From a virus, in IMG/VR virus record IMGVR_UViG_3300045988_098116, positions 1 through 64,000 of that record: a stretch of DNA of 64,000 nucleotides; one strand, given 5' to 3'. Under the pieces are notes generated by a model. That model saw nothing but the letters and a program-made list of their open reading frames with translations, ran no database searches and had not been told where the DNA came from. Positions 59,198 to 64,000 of the stretch are shown one piece after another. Each line of letters starts with the position of its first letter. Position 1 is the first letter of the stretch. Made by a program: the position numbers and the translations under genes.

Positions 59198-59368
59198 CTA
59201 TCGGTCTGTCGGCATCGGCAGTGCCGGGCCTTTCTTTTTCTTCACCGTGTGTACGGTGTGTGCCTTTATGGCCAGTCCCTCAGCCGTCCGGCGTATCTCC
59301 ACGTCGTTCCCCCGGGCCAGCTCCCGGTTGATCTCGTGCAGGTCGTCCGCCGTCAGTATTGCCGTCAT
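59198..59368 (-). CDS. small hypothetical protein (56 aa)
   Basis: Hand-translated MTAILTADDLHEINRELARGNDVEIRR.... Weak RBS. Confidence 0.35.
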   Translation of the reverse strand: MTAILTADDLHEINRELARGNDVEIRRTAEGLAIKAHTVHTVKKKKGPALPMPTDR

Positions 59369-59380
59369 GCCCATTTCTTC

Positions 59381-61171
59381 TCAGCCTCCCGCGTCCTCTG
59401 ACGCTTCCTGTCCCTCGGTCCCCGGCGCCCCTTCCGATGCCGGTCTCCCTCCGGGGTTCATGTCGTGGGCCGCCTGCGGCGGCAGTCCGCTTTCGCTCTG
59501 CTTGGCGTTGTAGCTGGTCACAAGGGGCAGCCGCAGGTCCATAATGCCGCTTTCTTTCACCGCACGGCTGATGGCCATGTCGTCCATCACGCTCATGTCC
59601 AGCATCGCCATGTAAAGCATGGTCTGGGGCAGTATGCCCAACGTCATGCCCTGTCTGGCGTTTTCAAAGGTCTTTTCGTCCTCCGCGATGTTGCCAAACA
59701 TGGTGAATCTCCATGAATACTTCAGGTTCAGCCCGTCCATGATGCCCTGCATCATCCGCTCGTAGCAGCGGTATATCTGCTCGGCGAACTTGCTCTCTAT
59801 CTGCAAACTGATGTTCGCCACGCCCGCCCGCGGCTCGTCGCTGGTGGGGATCAGTGCGCTCAGCCCCGCCTTCGCCATGGTGTAGCCGTACCCTGCTGAG
59901 CTTATCTTCGTAGCGCTGGGCGCTTCCGCCAACTGGTGCAGCTCCATGTTCCGCAGCGGCGCGGCGTACCAGCCTATACCGCTGGTGTTGTTTTCCGCCA
60001 GCTCGTCGTAAAACCGTGTGCGGAAAAGCTCCCACCCCGCGTTGCTCAGCTTGTAGGCATCGGACAAATTGCGGTTGTTGTCATCCGCGTACTCTATCTC
60101 GCCCGTCAGCAGGGAGATCAGCGGGTTCTGCACCAGCTCCAGCTGTATCTGCTCGTACTGCGCGATCTGTATAAACGATAGGAAAAGTCCCGTCAGCGGT
60201 GATACCACCGCCGTCTGCGCGTCGTCTATCTCAAAGGGGTAAACAGCGTCCACCGGCAGCGTCACCCAGTAGCACCATTTCCCGTTCTGATAGTACACGT
60301 CCGGGTCTCCCGGCAGCACGCCGCCGTCCTGCTCCGCTGCTGTTTTCAGTTCTGTAAAGCGGTTCATATTGATGGTGTTCTTCGCCGCGTATACATACCG
60401 GGTTCCCGCGCCCTTGGGCGGTCTCGCCGCCACCTGGGTGAATATGCCCCAGTAGGGCTTAAACAGCTCCCCGAACTGCGCCGGCTCACATCCCGGCTTC
60501 AGAAAGTACATCATGTTAAAGGCCACGGTGTACTTCGACACGCTGTTGAACCCCACGATCTTTATCCAGTCGCTGGGCAGCTGCTGCATAAAAGCGTAGT
60601 TCACCTTGTTGTGGGGCTTGTCCACGCTCACGCGGGGGTAGTAGAATACTTTGCCCTCCTGCACCGCCTGCCCCGCCAGCTTGTGGGCCGTGGTCTTTAC
60701 GTCCAGCTTGCGCCGCAGCTTCTCCAGCAGCTTCCACTCCCGCCAGAACTCGTCGTTCTTCGCCGTGTCTTTATCGGTGAACTCCGGGGCGATGTAGCTG
60801 TGATACGTCAGCAGATCCTGGTACATCTTCCGGGTGTGGAAAAGCGGATAGGCCGTAAATTCCAGCCCGTGCTCCACCTGCCGCAGCCCCTGCTCGTTGC
60901 CAAGCGGGGCGGTCAGCATCTCTGCCACCGTATTCTTGGTATAGTCCTCCGGCAGCGATGAGATGGCCTGCACCCTTCGGTTCTGTATGTAGGGGTTCAC
61001 CCGTGCCGACTGGCTCATGCTCACCCGGCTGAAGGCGCTGGCCAGCGCCCCTGCCGGCATATTGCCGTACTGCTCCGCCAGCGCGTTGAAGCGCTGAAAT
61101 ATCTCCGGGTAGGTGCCGCAGGCTACGCTCTGCAATTCACTTGTCAGGTTCCTCCGCTTCTCCTGCTCCAT
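59381..61171 (-). CDS. portal protein (putative)
   Basis: 596 aa, immediately downstream of the large terminase gene and a small ORF. Confidence 0.65.
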   Translation of the reverse strand: MEQEKRRNLTSELQSVACGTYPEIFQRFNALAEQYGNMPAGALASAFSRVSMSQSARVNPYIQNRRVQAISSLPEDYTKNTVAEMLTAPLGNEQGLRQVEHGLEFTAYPLFHTRKMYQDLLTYHSYIAPEFTDKDTAKNDEFWREWKLLEKLRRKLDVKTTAHKLAGQAVQEGKVFYYPRVSVDKPHNKVNYAFMQQLPSDWIKIVGFNSVSKYTVAFNMMYFLKPGCEPAQFGELFKPYWGIFTQVAARPPKGAGTRYVYAAKNTINMNRFTELKTAAEQDGGVLPGDPDVYYQNGKWCYWVTLPVDAVYPFEIDDAQTAVVSPLTGLFLSFIQIAQYEQIQLELVQNPLISLLTGEIEYADDNNRNLSDAYKLSNAGWELFRTRFYDELAENNTSGIGWYAAPLRNMELHQLAEAPSATKISSAGYGYTMAKAGLSALIPTSDEPRAGVANISLQIESKFAEQIYRCYERMMQGIMDGLNLKYSWRFTMFGNIAEDEKTFENARQGMTLGILPQTMLYMAMLDMSVMDDMAISRAVKESGIMDLRLPLVTSYNAKQSESGLPPQAAHDMNPGGRPASEGAPGTEGQEASEDAGG

Positions 61172-61508
61172 GCGCCGCCTCCTCGTCTATGCGGGAGCGC
61201 TCTTTTTCCAGCTCCCTCTCCCACGCATCCAGCAGCTCGTTCAGCCGCTTCTGCGTGTCAGCCCTGTTCTTTTTCACCCCGTCCGCCAGCGCCGCCGCGA
61301 TGCAGTCCGCCAGCCACAGCCGGTCTCGCTCCGTCAGGCGTTTCAGATCCGCGCCTTTGATCTCCACCGTCTGCATTTTTTTCGGCGCCGTAGTGCGGTA
61401 CAGCAGCATATACCCCGCCGTTATCCGTACAAAGCGCTCCTTTTCCGCCAGCGCCACCGTTTCACCTGTCACCCGCGCCGCGTACAGTCTGTACTTCCTT
61501 GCCGCCAT
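61137..61508 (-). CDS. hypothetical protein between terminase and portal
   Basis: 123-aa ORF overlapping the portal start. Confidence 0.5.
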   Translation of the reverse strand: MAARKYRLYAARVTGETVALAEKERFVRITAGYMLLYRTTAPKKMQTVEIKGADLKRLTERDRLWLADCIAAALADGVKKNRADTQKRLNELLDAWERELEKERSRIDEEAAHGAGEAEEPDK

Positions 61509-61509
61509 T

Positions 61510-63366
61510 TCAGCATATCCTCCCGCCGCGCCGCGCCGTCACCGTGCGGCCTCCCGCGCCGGCTGCCGCCGCTCTGTGCGGTGCCGCGGCACGGTTTTTG
61601 TATTTTGCCAGTTCCGCGTCCCAGTCGCTCTTATGCCGCACCGCCTGCGCCAGCTCCTCGCGCTCCAGTATCTGCGCCACCCGCAGCGCATATTTCAGTG
61701 CCGACCATATATCGCGCTGTATGTGCTTGGAAATGCGTTCTTCCTTCTGCGTCGTGCCGCTGGCCACCTTTTTCAGGTTCTGTATCTGCCCCACCAGTTC
61801 CCGGGTCTTTATGTAGGGGTCTGCCAGCATGGCATCCATGCTGTCGTCCTTGATCCGGTGGTACTTCTTGTAGTTCTCCACGCCCTCGTTCACGTTAGAG
61901 CACAGCAGTTCCACATTCCGGTTCTCAAATTGCAGCTCCGCGTACCGCACCATCTCCGCGTCCGGGTCCGTCACGCCCGCGCCGCCCGCCTTGATGGGGT
62001 ACAGGCATGGCACGGCGTTTTCCTGTTCCAGTTCCGTGAAGCTTGCGTGGTTCCTTACGCACAGCGGCGCAAGGCCGTCACCAAGGTCCATCATCAGGTT
62101 CTCCACCACGCTGGTGCCGTACTGCCATGCGTCTATTGCCAGGTATGTCGCGGCCCCTCCGTCGTAGCAGAAGCGGCTCCACACGTCCTTGATCCGCTGC
62201 GCCTGCATCATGCTCTTTACCGGTGGGTTCCAAACGTCCACATACACCACCTGCTTCAGGTAGCGGTCCCGCTTCAGCCAGTCCGTTTGACGTGTGCATT
62301 TCAGCACCACGCAGGCGCATTTTGCGTTCTTCTTGTCGTCGGCGTAGGATACGTCGTACCCCACGATATAGATCACGTCCTCCGGCTTCAGTTTGTTGCC
62401 TATGTCGTAGGCGCAGTGCCGGTTCTCCGCGATCATCAGTTTGCGGCACTCTGTCAGCACCTCGTCCCGCACGATAGGATTGCTGTCCGCGCCGGTGTAC
62501 CGGCTTTCGAACTCGCGCATCCACTTTTCCGCCGTGCATTTTCGCTTATACTTCAGCGCCCATGTGAAAGGCCGCATCTGCTGCAGTATCACGCACTCCC
62601 ATGAAATGTCATAGGCAAAGGCGCTCTCGCCCGCCAGCATGGCTTTCATGTTCTCGCACCGCGTTTCGTAGGCGTGGTTTTGCTTCCGCCCCGCGCTGGT
62701 GATGGCGTGGTCCTTATACGGGATGTAGTTGGGATCCGGCTTGCCGTTCACATTATGCGTCAGACGCACCGCCGGCAGCACCACCGTGGTATACTCATTG
62801 AAGTCAAACGCCGGGTTCTCCTCCTGTGCGTACTCCTCCGCCGTCACGTCATGCAGGTTGTCTCCTCGCATGGCAGATATGTAAAAGGCGCTCCCGCAGT
62901 CGGTCTCTATCTTAAAGTCGTCCTTGCTCTCCGCCGTCACCCGCCACTGTTTTGCCAGCGCCGGGTAGTCGTGCTCTATCTGGCGGAAGGTCTTGCTGCC
63001 TATTGTCGCCATTTGTTTGTATGCTGGGCCATAGTAGGCGCTCTGCGTCCCCGGCCACACCAACCCGTTTACCAGCGCATACTTGAACTTCGTGTTGGTC
63101 TTTGTCATGCCGCGGGTGCCCGTAAACGATGCCGAGGCTTTCCGGGCGTATACCCGCATCATCACCCGCTGCAGCAGTTCTTCATTCCCAAAGTCCGCCT
63201 CTGTGCTTCTGAATACATCGCACGCCTTATCCGGGTACCAGCGGAATACCCACATAATAAACGCCCAGAAGGCATCCTCATAGTTCTCGTATCTGCGCTC
63301 CTGCGTGGGCTTTTTTGTCACCCAGCCCAGGCCCGCCACATATGCTTTACCCGTTCGCCTCGCCAT
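61510..63366 (-). CDS. terL: terminase large subunit
   Basis: 618 aa. Walker-A-like GTRGMTKT. C-terminal nuclease-like VGYDVSYADD. Position upstream of the portal. Confidence 0.75.
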   Translation of the reverse strand: MARRTGKAYVAGLGWVTKKPTQERRYENYEDAFWAFIMWVFRWYPDKACDVFRSTEADFGNEELLQRVMMRVYARKASASFTGTRGMTKTNTKFKYALVNGLVWPGTQSAYYGPAYKQMATIGSKTFRQIEHDYPALAKQWRVTAESKDDFKIETDCGSAFYISAMRGDNLHDVTAEEYAQEENPAFDFNEYTTVVLPAVRLTHNVNGKPDPNYIPYKDHAITSAGRKQNHAYETRCENMKAMLAGESAFAYDISWECVILQQMRPFTWALKYKRKCTAEKWMREFESRYTGADSNPIVRDEVLTECRKLMIAENRHCAYDIGNKLKPEDVIYIVGYDVSYADDKKNAKCACVVLKCTRQTDWLKRDRYLKQVVYVDVWNPPVKSMMQAQRIKDVWSRFCYDGGAATYLAIDAWQYGTSVVENLMMDLGDGLAPLCVRNHASFTELEQENAVPCLYPIKAGGAGVTDPDAEMVRYAELQFENRNVELLCSNVNEGVENYKKYHRIKDDSMDAMLADPYIKTRELVGQIQNLKKVASGTTQKEERISKHIQRDIWSALKYALRVAQILEREELAQAVRHKSDWDAELAKYKNRAAAPHRAAAAGAGGRTVTARRGGRIC

Positions 63367-63985
63367 CGGTGTTCACATCCTCTGCGTCCGCTTTCGGCTT
63401 ACCCGGATTTTTCTTCTTTTTCACCGGGCGCATCCGCACCAGCCCCAGCTTTTCGTAGGCTTCTTTCTCCGCCTCGTTTGGTTTCTCTGCAAACTCGCCC
63501 AGATTGTCCTCCAGCCGCATCTCGTCCGGCAGCTCTGTCAGCTCCGGCAGTCCGTCGTTCTGCCGCATCCGGTTTTCGTTTATCAGTATCATCTGGTCTG
63601 CGGCATCCCGCGTGTAGGGGTACTTGCACGGCCTTCCGAAGAATATGCGGAACGCCTCGTCCGGTTCGCAGGGTTTCCCGTTTTTCAGCAGTCCCGCCCG
63701 CTCCAGCGCCACCACCATGTTGTCCAGCCGCAGGTCCTCCACCGGCTTCGTGTCCTTCTTCCGCAGGTTTTCCGATGCCAGATTCTCCTGTATCATGCTG
63801 GATAGCTTCTTGGCCTTGTCTATGGCGCCCATCTCCGCGGCGTCGTTCATCTGCTTCGTCCACTTCGCCACGTTCCGCAAGATCAGCTGCTGCTTGGCGC
63901 TCACCGCCTGCTCCCCGCCAAAGTCGGCGCACAGCGCGTTGTAGATGCGGTCAAACTCGTTGTAGTCCTCGCTGGTGTAGGGCAT
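63347..63985 (-). CDS. terS: terminase small subunit (putative, by position)
   Basis: 212-aa ORF overlapping the terL start. Basic C-terminus. Confidence 0.4.
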   Translation of the reverse strand: MPYTSEDYNEFDRIYNALCADFGGEQAVSAKQQLILRNVAKWTKQMNDAAEMGAIDKAKKLSSMIQENLASENLRKKDTKPVEDLRLDNMVVALERAGLLKNGKPCEPDEAFRIFFGRPCKYPYTRDAADQMILINENRMRQNDGLPELTELPDEMRLEDNLGEFAEKPNEAEKEAYEKLGLVRMRPVKKKKNPGKPKADAEDVNTDGEANG

Positions 63986-64000
63986 TTTCCCCGTTCCCTC

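Noticed and set aside
1-64000. Stop-codon recoding or suppressor tRNAs, a diversity-generating retroelement, and recognisable defence systems.
   Set aside because: Long ORFs (for example the 1376-aa tape measure) are intact in the standard code. All five canonical tRNAs have sense anticodons (CGT, TCC, CAT, GTT, CCA). No reverse-transcriptase motifs or template/variable repeat pair were seen. I recognised no known defence-system signature proteins.

Overview
The window reads as most of a temperate long-tailed phage or prophage. Host signals look Firmicutes/Clostridia-like: AGGAGG-type ribosome binding sites, TTGACA/TATAAT promoters and GC-rich coding sequence. Layout: (i) 269-13410 is a long, translationally coupled minus-strand operon. 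It carries DNA-modification and nucleotide-handling genes: DPPY and MT-A70 methyltransferases, a PAPS-reductase-like protein, an HNH nuclease, two nucleoside-2-deoxyribosyltransferase-like proteins, an ASCH protein, a dGTP-diphosphohydrolase-N-like protein and a sigma-like protein. A 1.1-kb ORF-free, iteron-bearing gap interrupts it at 10131-11235. (ii) 13426-13625 is an AT-rich divergent promoter/operator switch. (iii) 13626-29606 holds plus-strand accessory genes: an XRE HTH, a large NPPF methyltransferase, an Arc-like RHH plus ORF6N antirepressor, a 1.5-kb tRNA and structured-RNA locus, HU, a NifS-like cysteine desulfurase and a tyrosine integrase. (iv) 29916-63985 is the minus-strand late region: small and large terminase, portal, protease/scaffold, capsid, two embedded tRNAs, neck/tail genes, a 1376-aa tape measure, baseplate genes, three glycine-rich paralogues, holin and endolysin. 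Most worth a second look: the ORF-free RNA locus with three canonical tRNAs and two tRNA-like elements that lack a normal anticodon arm; a G10 tract that frameshifts one glycine-rich tail paralogue; an exact 13-nt box (TCCCTTGACACGG) in front of four transcription units; the iteron-rich gap; and a phage-borne cysteine desulfurase together with a DndC/PAPS-reductase-like gene. I recognised no CRISPR array, reverse transcriptase or stop-codon recoding. All functional calls come from motif recognition by eye, not from database searches.
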